From Mobula hypostoma (taxonomy: Eukaryota): a stretch of DNA of 64,000 bases. The notes under the pieces were generated by a model. The model worked only from the letters and a program-made list of their open reading frames with translations, made no database searches and was not told the origin of the DNA. Both the position numbers and the translations under genes were made by a program. This document shows positions 38,826 to 50,705 of this stretch, piece by piece. How positions within the stretch are numbered: the stretch's first letter is position 1; every line of letters begins with the position of its first letter. The stretch spans positions 6,512,001-6,576,000 of the forward strand of contig NC_086109.1 in assembly GCF_963921235.1 (NCBI RefSeq), given 5' to 3'.

Positions 38826-41075
38826 AGAAAACTATTTTGAAGTTACAAGATTCTGTTCTTGCCAAACAAACATCACTTTAGTTCTGTAGAAATGCTGCTG
38901 CCTCCGTTCGGATGTTCTCGAAAAATTAAACTCTGATTCGACAGCAGGTGCAGGCGATGTGATACTTTTATGAATGTGGTGTATCTATATCTACACTCAA
39001 CGTGGGACAGCTGTCCTGGTTCACTGGAATTGTGAGGAGAGAAGAGAATTGGTGTTGACCAGAGATGTCTTCATTAATGAAGGGGAATCTTCTGTGATTT
39101 TTTGATTTTGATTTCTTTTCAGAGCTTTTTAAAATCTCCTTCTGGGTATACAACACTCTAATGGGCTTATTTTTATATGATCTGCCACTTTTGGGGAAAA
39201 AAAAGGCCTCACTAACGAACATAAACTTTTTTTTTGTCTTGGGACTAGTAATGTGACAAATTAAATTCACTGGGTGAATTCATAAATAGTAATATAGCTT
39301 GGAGCCCCATTGAATCCACAAACCCAGTCAGAGTTCTACACCTAGGCTTCAAAAGTGGCATTAACTTTAGCACAGTCCTTTTCGCAAAACTACTCAACAT
39401 GTTGCGCCACATGTTTGGATTAGTGGTCTTGGAATTTCTTTCTCATAACAAGCTTTTAATTAGGAAAGTTAAACCCTGAAAAGCAACGATCACATAGGAA
39501 CTCTGTTATAGAGATATTGCTCTATATACTTGACATTAGAGATGCACATATTGATATATGAAAACTAGTTCAGCAATGTATTAAATCAGACATACTGTTT
39601 TAATTTACCATTTGAAAGTGTTATACTTAAATCATGAAGAAGTAATTAATGAGAGCATTCACATTTAGAGTCAATCCTAATCAATTGTCAATTGTACTTT
39701 AATTTTAAATTAAAATTGAATGCTTGTGTCCTAACCTGCTGCACTTTTTTTTCCCTGTTTCTTTCATTGCTGGTGAATATATTTTTAAAGAGGTATTCAA
39801 TAACCTCAGAGCAACACACACACGCGCGCGCGCACAGGAAATGGCGCAGGTCAGGCAGCATCTATGGAGGGGAAAAACCAGTCGATGTTTTGGGCCGAGC
39901 CCCTTCATCAGGACTGGAAAGGAAGGAGGGATAAGCCAGAGGAAGAACGGGGGCGCAGGAGGAGGAGTATAAACTGGCAGGTGATAGGTGAGGGGGGGAA
40001 GTGGGGTGAAGTAAGAAGCTGGGAGGTGATAGGTGGAAGAGGTGAAGGGCTGAAGAAGGAGGAATCTGATAGGAGAGGACAGTAGGCCATGGGAGAAAGG
40101 GGTGGAGGAGAGAAACCGGATGGACATGATGGGCAGGTGAGGAGAAGAGAAGGAGTGAGAGGCGAACCAGAATGGGAGTGGAAAAAGAAGAGAGAAATGG
40201 GGATGAAAGGAGAATTCAATAAATCGAATAATATCTGATTCATGGCCCGAGCGCCTCTCTGACAATCCACTAAGAGTATGAATCTTTCCAGCTGACATTT
40301 GTCTTTACATGGTTCAGTGCTAAATTGGAGAGCCATGTAAAATTGTTGTGCCTTTTCACTTCTAGTGTGTTATCTCAGTGCTATTTATTTTGAAGAAGTC
40401 GCAAGTTAATTGAGTATATACATTAATTTGGGAAAACTCTTCTGGGAATACTCTACAGCTGTTAATTTATTTGTTAACAATATTCTACACTTACACCTCT
40501 TGAATTCGAAAAGCTTTAATAACGAATCAGTTTCTTGCTTTTGAAGATGATATTGAATTGTTCTTTGCTTTATGCTGCCCATGTACATTGTGAATGGGAA
40601 GAATGGAAATGTCTCTCTGTGAACCGATGTCGCAGTATACCTACCCATAAACTCCCTCAAGCAAGCAAATGCTCTGATTGTGCATGCAGTTTATGAGGTG
40701 ACGGAGGCTCTGAAACTTCAGTACTGTGATTTTAGAAGGGGCTTTCCACCTTACGCATTTATTCATGGCTATATTTGTTACTTTTGTCTGTGTAGGGAAA
40801 TGTGATGATTTACTGCTGTCCAATATAAGCATCACTGTATGATTCAAACTTTGAATATTCTTCTACTGGATTTTGACCTATGCAAGCTTCATCATATTAT
40901 TGTTATGCTTTGCACATTGGGTTTTGTGCATAATTTTGCTGCATGTATCTTCCCATAATCTTTGTTTCAACTTTATATTCTGTCAGTGAGCAAAATTCTG
41001 GCCCTCCAGAACCATGGTATTAAATGTATGCTTATGATGTGAGCAATCTTGAATTAAAAAAATAACTTATTTATA
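38826..41075 (+). other. SORT1: Probable SORT1 3' UTR (end uncertain)
   Basis: Mostly unique AT-rich sequence after the stop. Candidate poly(A) hexamers: ATTAAA at 39580, 41019 and 41053; AATAAA at 40218. Repeat-rich DNA resumes at about 41070. Confidence 0.5.
39804..40213 (-). mobile_element. PLE 3' fragment antisense in the probable SORT1 3' UTR, 9-bp TSD
   Basis: attcaataa at 39795-39803 and 40214-40222; minus-strand cagtcctgatgaaggggctcggcccaaaacatcgactg. Confidence 0.78.
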
Positions 41076-41580
41076 GAACACAGTTCATACAGACGATGTA
41101 ATTCAAAGTGCTTTTCAATGGGATAAAGTGCAAACATGAAAAAACAAAATGATATTAGTTAAAAACAAGGTTAAGTAAATAGGGTTGAACTGGTGTTTAA
41201 AAGTGTCAACTGAGTCTGCATCCCTTATAGTTTTAGGCATTGAAATTCCAGAGTTTATGAGCTTAGTTCAAAAAAACTGACCTGCCAATTATCTTTTGAG
41301 GGAGATTGTTTAAATTTAAGAGATAGTGGAAGAAACTCGATCAGCATTGTTAAAAGAAAGTGATTCTGTGACTCACTCTGGTCGCAGAATATTAAGAACC
41401 TAAAAACGAGTAAGAGACCTTTAAATTCAATTCTAAAAGATACAAGAAGCCAATGCAGAATAGTTAGTACAGGAGTGATGAGCTCTCTCGTCCTGGTTTT
41501 GGGTAAAAGTTTAGCAGTGGCGTTCTGAATGAGTTGAATTTTCAATAGATTGCTTTGAAAGGCCAGTAAAAAGAATGTTG
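41070..41580 (-). mobile_element. L2-clade LINE 3' fragment
   Basis: IQLIQNATAKLLPKTRTRELITPVLTILHWLLVSFRIEFKGLLL resembles the L2 RT C-terminal motif. Confidence 0.8.
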
Positions 41581-41999
41581 AAAAATATAATTTCTAAACA
41601 GCCCTGTTATTGTAGTCGTTTATTATCCAAGTAGCAGCGTGAACGCCAGGTCTGAGGGAATTTCCATCATGTTTAGAGCTGCACTCTGATTCCTGAGCAT
41701 CCTTGACCCGAGGCCAAGTACAACACTTGCAATCCTCACTGAAGACCATTTTCTCAGCACACTCCTCGAAGATGGCTACCTGAGCACAGCGGTAGAATTT
41801 GGTTTGACTGGCTGAGTCCCTCCATGCACCATCCTGGATTACAGATGGAACCAGGGTTGGGGTCAGGCTCAGCTCTTCCCAGCCTGGAAGAGAAAAATGT
41901 GGATTGATTCACTTACAGTTAGCTTCACACCAAAATAGGAATTGATTCCATCAGCAGATAGCTGGTGTGCTGAGGATAGTAAACAGCAAAGGGTCAATA

Positions 42000-42612
42000 T
42001 CTTTAAACACGAAATCCAGAGCGTCACATGCACAAAATGCTGGGGGAATTCAGCAGGTCAGGCAGCATCTAGCACCTCCGCTCCATCTGACAAAAGCAGA
42101 GCTTACTGGTGGCCAAAAGTTTTAATTCTGATTCCCATTCTGACATGTTGGTCCGTGGCCTCCCCTTGTGCCAAGATGAGGCATCCTCAGGGTGGAGGAG
42201 TAACACCTTATATTGTATAAAAGTTGCCCATCCTCTGGGTCCCCCCGCCTTGTTTTTCTTCCCAGACCTCCTGTCCCATGATCCTATCGTATCCCTTTTG
42301 CCTATCACCTGTCCAGCTCTTGGCTCCATCCCTCCGCCTCCTGTCTTCTCCTATCATTTTGGATCTCCCCCTCCCCCTCCAACTTTCAAATCCCTTACTC
42401 ACTCTTCCTTCAGTTAGTCCTGACGAAGGGTCTCGGCCTGAAACGTCGACTGCACCTCTTCCTATAGATGCTGCTTGGCCTGCTGCGTTCACCAGCAACT
42501 TTTATGTGTGTTGCTTGAATTTCCAGCATCTGCAGAATTCCTCTTGTGTACACCTTATATTGTGTCTGGTTGACATACAACCTGATGGCATGAGTACAGA
42601 TCTCTCCTTCTG
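42000..42612 (+). mobile_element. Older PLE GIY-YIG fragment with a younger PLE 3' end (42217-42549) nested in it, 14-bp TSD
   Basis: acaccttatattgt at 42203-42216 and 42550-42563. Confidence 0.85.
42415..42452 (+). ncRNA. Minimal type I hammerhead ribozyme motif, catalytic core intact
   Basis: Stem I UAGUC/GACUG; core CUGACGA; stem II within AGGGUCUCGGCCU; GAA; palindromic ACGU stem III; cleavage triplet GUC. Confidence 0.75.
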
Positions 42613-42654
42613 GTAAAAATAGACCTGATGGATTTAACTGGTTTCTCCATTCTC

Positions 42655-43070
42655 AGTGGCCACCAGTACGCTGGAATTAACATTATGGAGATGTGGTCAG
42701 AGAGGCCTAACTGGGGGTGCAGGGTGGCTTTGTAAGTACCGAGTCTGTTTGTATAAACGTGGTCCAGTCCGTTTGTTCCCCTAGTGGCCATGGTGGCATG
42801 TTGGTGGAATTTGGGTAAAATGTCCTATAGGTTAGCATGACTGAAGTCTGAAGAGACCAGCTGAATGGTTGCTTTGTAGAGAGCTAATAAAGCTCTCCCA
42901 GTGTGCCCTTGGCATTCATACTGGAGGGGATGTAGACAGCGATGATGAACACAACAGCAAATTCCCTGAGCAAGTAATGTGATTGGCATTTAATTGTAAG
43001 ATACTCAATTTCCCCTGAGCAGTGACTGCTAACTACAGATGAATTGTGCACCAAACGTTGTGAATTCCAC
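42655..43070 (-). mobile_element. LINE endonuclease fragment (Rex1/Babar-like)
   Basis: TRGTNGLDHVYTN...LGLSDHISIML (APE SDH motif). Confidence 0.75.
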
Positions 43071-43529
43071 CTCCTTTGGATTTCCCCAACAGGGAGTTCT
43101 TGTTTACGCAGAACAGAGCCATCCCATGATCAATCTGACCCTTCCCTCTCACATAACCTTCCATTCTCTATCATCCAAGAGTTTCTTAAATGCCCCTAAT
43201 GTATCTGCCTTTACCACCTCTGGAAGGGTGTTCATTAGGCATTTCCACCCTGGGGGAAAAGGTCTCTGGCTATCCAATCAATCTATGGCTCATCATCTTG
43301 CACACCTCTATCAAGTCACCTCTCACCCTCCTTCACTCCAAACAGAAAAGCTCTAGTTCGCTTACCCTATCCTCAGAAGACATGCTCTCTAATCAGGGCA
43401 TCATCCTGTCTACTTATTACACATTCTTTCTATAATGGGATGGCGAGAACGGAACATCGAATGTTGGTGAGGAATACACTGAGTTCTGATGCCAACATAC
43501 CTCTAATATGTGATTTATATACTGAATAC

Positions 43530-44103
43530 GGCCTTTATTTCCTGTGGAGCATGAAGAAAGCTGACCTCTGCCCCAGGATACTGACGGACTTTTACCGCTG
43601 TACCATTGAGAGCATACTCACCAACTGCATCTCATTGTCCCGTATCGGACCGCAAAGCACTCCAGCGTGTGGTGAAAACTGCCCAGCGGATTATCGGCAC
43701 CCAATTGCCCACCATTGAGAACATCTACCATAAATGCTGCCTGGGCAGGGCGAAAAGCATTATCAGGGATGCATCTCACCCTAACCACAGGCTTTTTACT
43801 CTCCTCCCATCCGGTAGGTGCTACAGGAGCCTCCGCTCCCGCACCAGCAGGCACAGGAAGAGCTTCTTCCCTGAGGCTGTGACCCTGCTGAACCTCTCAT
43901 CACAGCGCTAAGCAGTATTGCATCCGTATTGTACTGTCTCAGTACTTTTATATTTGTTTGCTGTAGCACTTTTTTATTCACAGTTATTTTGTAACTAACA
44001 CTATTCTTTGCATTTCTGGTCAGATGCTAAATGCATTTCATTGGCTTTGTATCTGTACTCAGCACAATGACAATAAAGTTGAATCTAATCTAATCTAATC
44101 TAA
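43530..44103 (+). mobile_element. Rex1/Babar-like LINE 3' end with (aatct)n tail
   Basis: FYRCTIESILT, RKALQRVVKTAQRIIG, HRKSFFPEAVTLLN. Confidence 0.8.
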
Positions 44104-44139
44104 AAGTCTTTGTAAAATCCTCCTTTGTACGCATAATCC

Positions 44140-44700
44140 CATCTGATAGTCAACAGAGGAACACCTCAAGGATTTGTGCTTAGCCCACTGCTCTACTCTC
44201 TCTACACTCATGACTGCGTGGCTAGGCACAGGTCAAACACCATCTATAAATTCACAGGTGACACTGCTATTGTTAAAATCTCAGACATCTATGAGGAGGG
44301 GTACGGGAGTGAGGTAGATCAGCTGATTGAGTGGTGTCATAACAACAGCCTTGCACTCATTGTCAGTAAGACACTCCAGTCCTCACCGAGGGATCAGCAG
44401 TGGAAAGGGTGAGCAGCTTCGAGTTCCTGGGTGTTAATGTACTCAAGGATCTGACCCGGGCTGAACACGGTGACGCAATTATGAAGCAACTCCTCTTTGT
44501 TCAGGTAACACACACAAAATGCTGGAGGATCTCAGGTCTTGGACAGAAACATCGACTGTTTATTCCTCTCCATAGATGCTGCCTGACCGATCTGTTGAGT
44601 TCCTCCAGTATTTTGTGGGCGTTGCTCTGGATTTCCAGCATCTGCAGAATCTCTTGTGTTTATCTTCTACTTTGTTAGGAATTTGAGGAGATTTGGTAAT
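44140..44700 (+). mobile_element. Rex1-like RT fragment with a nested fold-back PLE piece (about 44507-44660)
   Basis: LSPLLYSLYTHDCVA...IYKFTGDT. Confidence 0.75.
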
Positions 44701-45389
44701 GTAGCCGAAGAATCTAGATTTGGAGTTAGAGGGTTTGTTCGTTCATAATGTGCTGTGTCATTTCCCTGTCCCTAATGACCAATCTGATCTCTAGTTTCCT
44801 CCTGTCACTGTGCTGAGTGTTGCTGGGCAGTGTGCCTCATCTGGCTGAAGGGGCCTGTTCCACACTGTCTCGACTTGGGCAGCCACAGTCCCTCCATCAC
44901 CATGATTGTCCTTGGCAAGTTTTTCTGCAGAAGAGAAGAGGTTTGCCATTGCCTTCCTCTGGGCAGTGTCTTTACAAGACTGGTGAGCCCAGCCATTATC
45001 AATACTCTTCAGAGATCATCTGTCTGGTGTCAGTGGTGGCATAACCAGGACTTGTGATGTGCACCGGCTGCTCGTGCGACCACCCGGGGAGTAGAAGGTA
45101 TTAAAGCAGAATCAGGTTTATTATCACTGTCGTATATGATGGGAAATGTCTTCCTTTGCGGCAGCAGTACAGCGCAAAGACCTAAAATTACTACAGTACA
45201 AAATGTGAATCAAGAAAGGAGAGGGAACTTAAGGTCTAAAGACAACGTTGTGTTTATTGTCAGGTGCACCAGTCCATGTGTGCACAGGTGCAAAATGAAA
45301 GTCTCGGTGCAGCAAGGTTTACTTCTGCAGAGCCATCTCACGGGCAAAGTGGCAATTCGGGACCAAACCTAACTTACTGGAGGATGTTC

Positions 45390-47040
45390 GACAGCTGTGA
45401 CAGGGCTTGAGTGCTATCACCTCTTACAAAGTGAAACTTTGCAACATAGGTGGCAACAAGGCTTCACTCCCAGATGAACACAATGCCTCCTGTGCTCGCT
45501 TTGACCATCAAAACAGGGAGGAACCCTCAGTGCCCAGTGACCCTCTGATTTCAGTCTCTGAGGCTGACGTACCTTCAGGAGGGTGAGCTCACAAAGAGCA
45601 TCCAGCCCAGATGGGGCAACTGGCTGAACACTAAAGACCTGTGCTGACCTGGAGAGTTCACTGAGATCTTAACCCTCTCACTCTGGCAGTCTGAGGTACC
45701 CACCTACTTCATGCAGACTTCTATCCTACTGGTGCCTAAGCCTGCCTCAATGACTATCATCCAGGAGCACTCGTCTGCTGTGCTGAAGTGCTTTGAGAGG
45801 TTGATGATCAAACATATCAACTGAGAAGGACTTGGATCCACTCCAGTTTCCCTACCGTCACAACAGGTCCACAGTAGGTGCCACCTCATTGGCTCTTCAC
45901 TCAACCCTGGAACATCTGAACAGGAAGGATGCATACATCAGGATGCTCTTTATTGGCTATAGCTCGGCATTCAATATCACCATCCCCTCAAAACTAATCA
46001 ATAACTTCAAGACCACCTTGTACAATTGGATCCTCACTTCCCTAACTTGCAGACCCTAGTCAGTTCAAATTGGCAACAACATCTCCTCCACAATTTCCAT
46101 CAGTACAGGTGCACCCCAAGGCTGTGTGCTCAGCCCCCTGCTCTATTTGCTTTGCACTTATGACTGTGAGGCTAAGCACAGCTCCATTGCCACATTCAAG
46201 TTTGATGGCGACACCACTGTTACAGCGGATTCGAAGGTGGTGATGAATCAATCAGTATACAGGAGGGAGAGTGAAAATCTGGCTGAGTGGTACCAAAACA
46301 AGAACCTCTTACTCAATGTCAGGAGGGGGAAACCAGACGTCCAGGAGCCAGTCGTCATCGGGGGGATCAGAGGTAGAGAAGGTCAGCAACTTTAAATTTC
46401 TCAGCAGTATTATTTTGGAGGACCTGTCTTGGGCCCAGCATGTAAGTGTAATTACAGGGGAAGCACAGCAGTGCCTCGTCTTCCCCAGAAGTTTGTACAG
46501 ATTTGACATGACATCTATAGGCATCCGTTAGTCTCATGAGACCATGGGTTTGCGCCTTGGAAAGTTTCCAGGGCGCAGGCCTGGGCAAGGTTGTATGGAA
46601 GATCGGCAGTTGCCTGTGCTGCAAGTCTCCCCTCTCCACGCCACCAAAGTTGACCAAGGGAAGGGCATTAGGACCCATACAGCTTGGCAGCAGTGTCGTC
46701 GCAGAGCAATGTGCGGTTAAGTGCCTTGCTCAAGGACACAACACGCTGCCTCGGCCAAGGCTCGAACTAGCGACCGTCAGATCACTAGACGAACACCTTA
46801 ACCACTTGGCCACGCACCAACACAACACATGACATCTAAAACTTTGACAAACTTCTATTGATGTATGATGGAGAGTATATTGACTGGCTATATCACAGCC
46901 TGGTGTGGAAACACCAACGCCCTTGAACGGAAAATCCCAATAAAAGTGGATATAGCCCAGTCCATCATGGGTAAAGCCCTCTCCACCATCTACAAGAAAT
47001 GCTATCGCAAGAAAGCGGCGTCCATCGTCAGGGACCCCGT
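45390..47040 (+). mobile_element. Decayed Rex1-like LINE RT
   Basis: [53 protein letters not shown]. Confidence 0.82.
46518..46826 (-). mobile_element. Full-length tRNA-derived SINE with 12-bp TSD
   Basis: acatgacatcta at 46506-46517 and 46827-46838; minus strand has A-box tggccaagtgg and B-box-like agttcgagcc, then gtgtccttgagcaaggcacttaacc. Confidence 0.85.
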
Positions 47041-47559
47041 TCATTGGGACTGGGTCTCAGCTAGAAACGTTGACTGTCTATTCCCCACCCACAGAGCCCG
47101 CCTGAGCCGCTGAGATCGCGTGTGCATCGAAACTTTGAAAAATGCATCATTTGCATCAACAACCAATACAGTCCAAGGATGCGCTGGAGGCTGTCTGCAA
47201 GTGTCACCGACTGCGTTACCATGGTGAGACCCAGACTCCGCAGTGATGAAAAAAGCCATTCTACTCCTTTCAAGGATAATTTCGCTGTTTGATTTAATGA
47301 CTGACTCTCCTATAGAGGCGGGAGGTCCCAAAGGTTTAATGTGTCATCAGAGAGCTTACGGTGGTCTGGCAAAGTGTGTGCCTGTGCAGAGAATGCCATG
47401 GAAAACCTGCCTTGCCGCAGCACTACAAACACAGCATCAGATAAACAGCATCCACAAGGAAAACGTAAATCAAACACACTTCAGCAAGAAACAATGCAAT
47501 TAGAAACAAATAAAGTCTATTTTAGTGCAAAATGGTCAAAGTGGTCACCAATGTTTGGA

Positions 47560-47795
47560 AAACAAAGAAATTCTGCAGACGCTGTAAATCCAGAGTAACA
47601 CACACAAAACGCTGGAGGAACTCAGCAGGTCAGGCAGCATCTATGGAGGCGTATAAACTGTTGACTTTTTGGGCTGAGACCCTTCACTGTGAGACATTAT
47701 GAAGGGTCTTGACCTGAAACACCAACTGTTTATTCCGCTCCATAAATACTGCCTGACCTGCTGAGTTCCTGCAGCGTCTGTGCGTGTTGTACTCT
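47560..47795. mobile_element. Fold-back PLE mini-element
   Basis: Arms of about 100 bp inverted around a 13-nt spacer: ...gagacccttca ctgtgagacatta tgaagggtcttg... Confidence 0.78.
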
Positions 47796-47871
47796 AGTCA
47801 AAGATTAGGGTTCCGCCGGTTGGTTCAAGAACCTCGTGGCTGGAAGGAAGTGGCTGTCCTTGAACCTGGTG

Positions 47872-48052
47872 AACACAAAATATTCTGCAGATGCTGGGGT
47901 CAAAGCAACACTCACAACGCACTGGAGGAACTCAGCAGGTCGGGCAACATCTGTGGAAATGATCAGTCAACTTTCCGGCCGGAACCCTTCGTCAGGGGTT
48001 ACAGCCCGAAAGTTGACTGATCGTTTCCACAGATGCTGCCCGACCTGCTGAG
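47872..48052. mobile_element. Fold-back PLE mini-element with 12-bp TSD
   Basis: ttgaacctggtg at 47860-47871 and 48053-48064; ctcagcaggtcgggcaacatctgtggaaatgatcagtcaacttt inverted against aaagttgactgatcgtttccacagatgctgcccgacctgctgag. Confidence 0.85.
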
Positions 48053-48765
48053 TTGAACCTGGTGGCCTCGTTTAAAAGTTCACATTTAGGATCAGTTACC
48101 ACTCATCTGAACCTGCTACAGGTATTAGCTTTGTGTCTTCACGTTAGGATTCCTAATAGAATAAACAAGATATGATTAATAACTCGTGTAAATTACTAAC
48201 ATAAACTAAATGCCTGAATCCTGGAAACAGACGTATTCTCCAGTGAGATGAGGACTTTCACTCGGCACGTAGTCCCGTGAGGGCCTTCACTCCCCTCAGT
48301 CTCACTCTGCGCATCTCCCCCGGTACAGCATTAGCGCTCTCTAGTGGCTGAAAGTCCGCGATTCCCAGCCATGACTGATGGAGTTCACCTCGATTCTACA
48401 ACGGACGGTGCTAACGGAGTCCATGCGTCCTACCGCAAAATACTTGAGCCATAAGACATGGGATGGAAATTAGGTCAATCATCCCATTGAGTCTGCTCCA
48501 CCATTCCGTCACGGTTAACTTATTTCCCCTCTCAACGCCATTCATCTGCCTTCTCTTCGTAACTAATCAAGAACCTAATGTGATTATCGCCGCTTACATT
48601 TTACCCCAAACGTAACAGTAATGTTAATTAAACTAGTAAATATGTTCATTATGGTCAGGTGCTGTGAAAATATAAATACATTTTTAAATACAAGAGATTC
48701 TGTAAATGCTGGAAGTCCAGACAAAGCATGTACAAAATACCGGAGGAAGTCTGCGGGTCAGGCTG

Positions 48766-49693
48766 TATACTCCTTTGTCCATTCGTCCCCCCCCCCCCCC
48801 ATCCCTCCCCACCGATCTCCCTCCTGGTACTTATCCTTGTAAGCAGAACAAGTGCTACACATGCCCTTACACTTCCTCCCTTACCACCATTCAGGGCCAC
48901 AGACAGTCCTTCCAGGTGAGGCGACACTTTACCTGTGGGTCGACTGGGGTGATATACTGCGTCCGGTGCTCCCGATGCAGCCTTCTATATATTGGCGAGA
49001 CCCGACACAGACTGGGAGATCATTTCGCTGAACACCTACGCTCTGTCCGCCAGGGAAAGCAGGATCTCCCGGTGGCTACACATTTTAATTCCACGTCCCA
49101 TTCCCATTCTGATATGTCTATCCATGGCCTCCTCTACTGTAAAGATGAAGCCACGCTCAGGTTGGAGGAACAATACCTTATATTCCGTCTGGGTAGCCTC
49201 CAACCTGATGGCATGAGCATTGACTTCTCTAACTTCCGTTAATGCCCCACCTCCCCCTCGTACCCCATCCGTTATTTATTTATTTATCTATCTATCTATC
49301 TATCTATCTACCTACCTATTTATTTATTTATTACTAATTTTTTTCTCTCTTTTTTCTCCCTCTATCCTCTCACTATAACTCCTTGTCCATCCTCTGGGCT
49401 TCCCCCCTCCCCATTTCTTTCTCCCTAGGTCTCCCGTCCCATGATCTTCTCCCTTCTCCAGCCTCGTATCTCTTTTGCCAATCAACTGTCCAGCTCTCGG
49501 CTCCATCCCTCCCCCTCCTGTCTTCTCCTATCATTTTGGATCTCCCCCTCCCCCTCCCACTTTCAAATCTCTTACTAACTCTTCTTTCAGTTAGTCCTGA
49601 CAAAGGGTCTCGGTCCGAAACGTCCACTGTACCTCTTCCTAGAGATGCTGCCTGGCCTGCTGCATTCACCAGCATTTTTTGTGTGTGTTGCTT
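48766..49693 (+). mobile_element. 5'-truncated Penelope-like element: intact GIY-YIG endonuclease coding segment (stop at 49242), 3' region and terminal repeat
   Basis: PCKQNKCYTC Cys cluster, [45 protein letters not shown]; hammerhead-like motif at 49592-49629 with G8>A. Confidence 0.92.
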
Positions 49694-50019
49694 AAGAATT
49701 GAAGTTTTATGCTGAGACGGACTGGAAACAAAGGGGAAAGATGCCAGGACAAGAAGGTGGGGCGGGAAGAAGGAATACAAACTGGCAGCTGACAGGTCTG
49801 GGTGAGCACATGGTCGAAGAGTTAGAGATCACTGAGGGGAGTTGTGAGAGAGGTCTCACTGAGCTCCCTTCAAAGAGAAGATTTAAATGTCTTCAGGGTA
49901 AACAAACCTCGAGGAGCCTTGGTGTTAGGGCAGGAAATCATAAACACAAGAAATTTTGTGGATACAGGAAATCCAAAATGCTGGAGGATCTCAACAGGTC
50001 AGGCAGAATTTATGAAAAA

Positions 50020-50705
50020 GTTCTTATCAGTGTGGAGGAACAACGGGATCTTGGGGACCACATGCATAGATCCCTTAAAGTTGCCACATAAGTTGATAGA
50101 GCAGTTAAGGATAGTGTGGTGGCCTTCATTAGTATGGGGATTTAGTTCAAGAGTCCTGAGGTAATGTTGTAGGCTCTATAAAACTCTGGTTAGACCACAC
50201 TAGGAGTATCGTGTTCAGTTCTTGTGACCCCATTATAAGAAGGACATGAAAGAGACCCTGTGGAGAGGCTGCAGGGGAGATTTATCAAGATGCATCCTGG
50301 ATTAGAGAGCATGTCTTACGAGGAGAGGTTGAGCAGGCTGGGGCTTTTCTCTTCGGAGTGAAGGAGGATGAGAGGTGACTTGATAGAGGTGTACAAGAGG
50401 CATAGACTGGGTGGACAGCCAGAGACTTTTACCAAGGGTGGGAATGGCTAATACCAGTGGATTAAGTTGATTGGAGGAAAGTAAAGGGGGGGTGTCTCTA
50501 TCTCTTTTTTTACATCGAGAGTGGTGGGCGGGTGGGTGGTAGGGGCAGAAACATTGAAGAGACTCTTAGATAGGCAAAGGGATGAAAGAAAATTGGAGGA
50601 TTGTGTGGGAGGGCAGGGTTAGATTGATCTCGGAGTAAGTTAAAAGACTGGGACAGCATTGTGGGCCAGGGGGCCGGTGCAGTGCTGTACTGTTCTGTGT
50701 ACTGA
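50020..50705 (+). mobile_element. CR1 3' fragment
   Basis: gtggaggaacaacgggatcttgggg...ggagtgaaggaggatgagaggtgacttgatagagg. Confidence 0.8.

Noticed and set aside
46740..46826. Third tRNA gene on the minus strand
   Set aside because: tRNA-like head continues into a SINE body and is bounded by a 12-bp TSD
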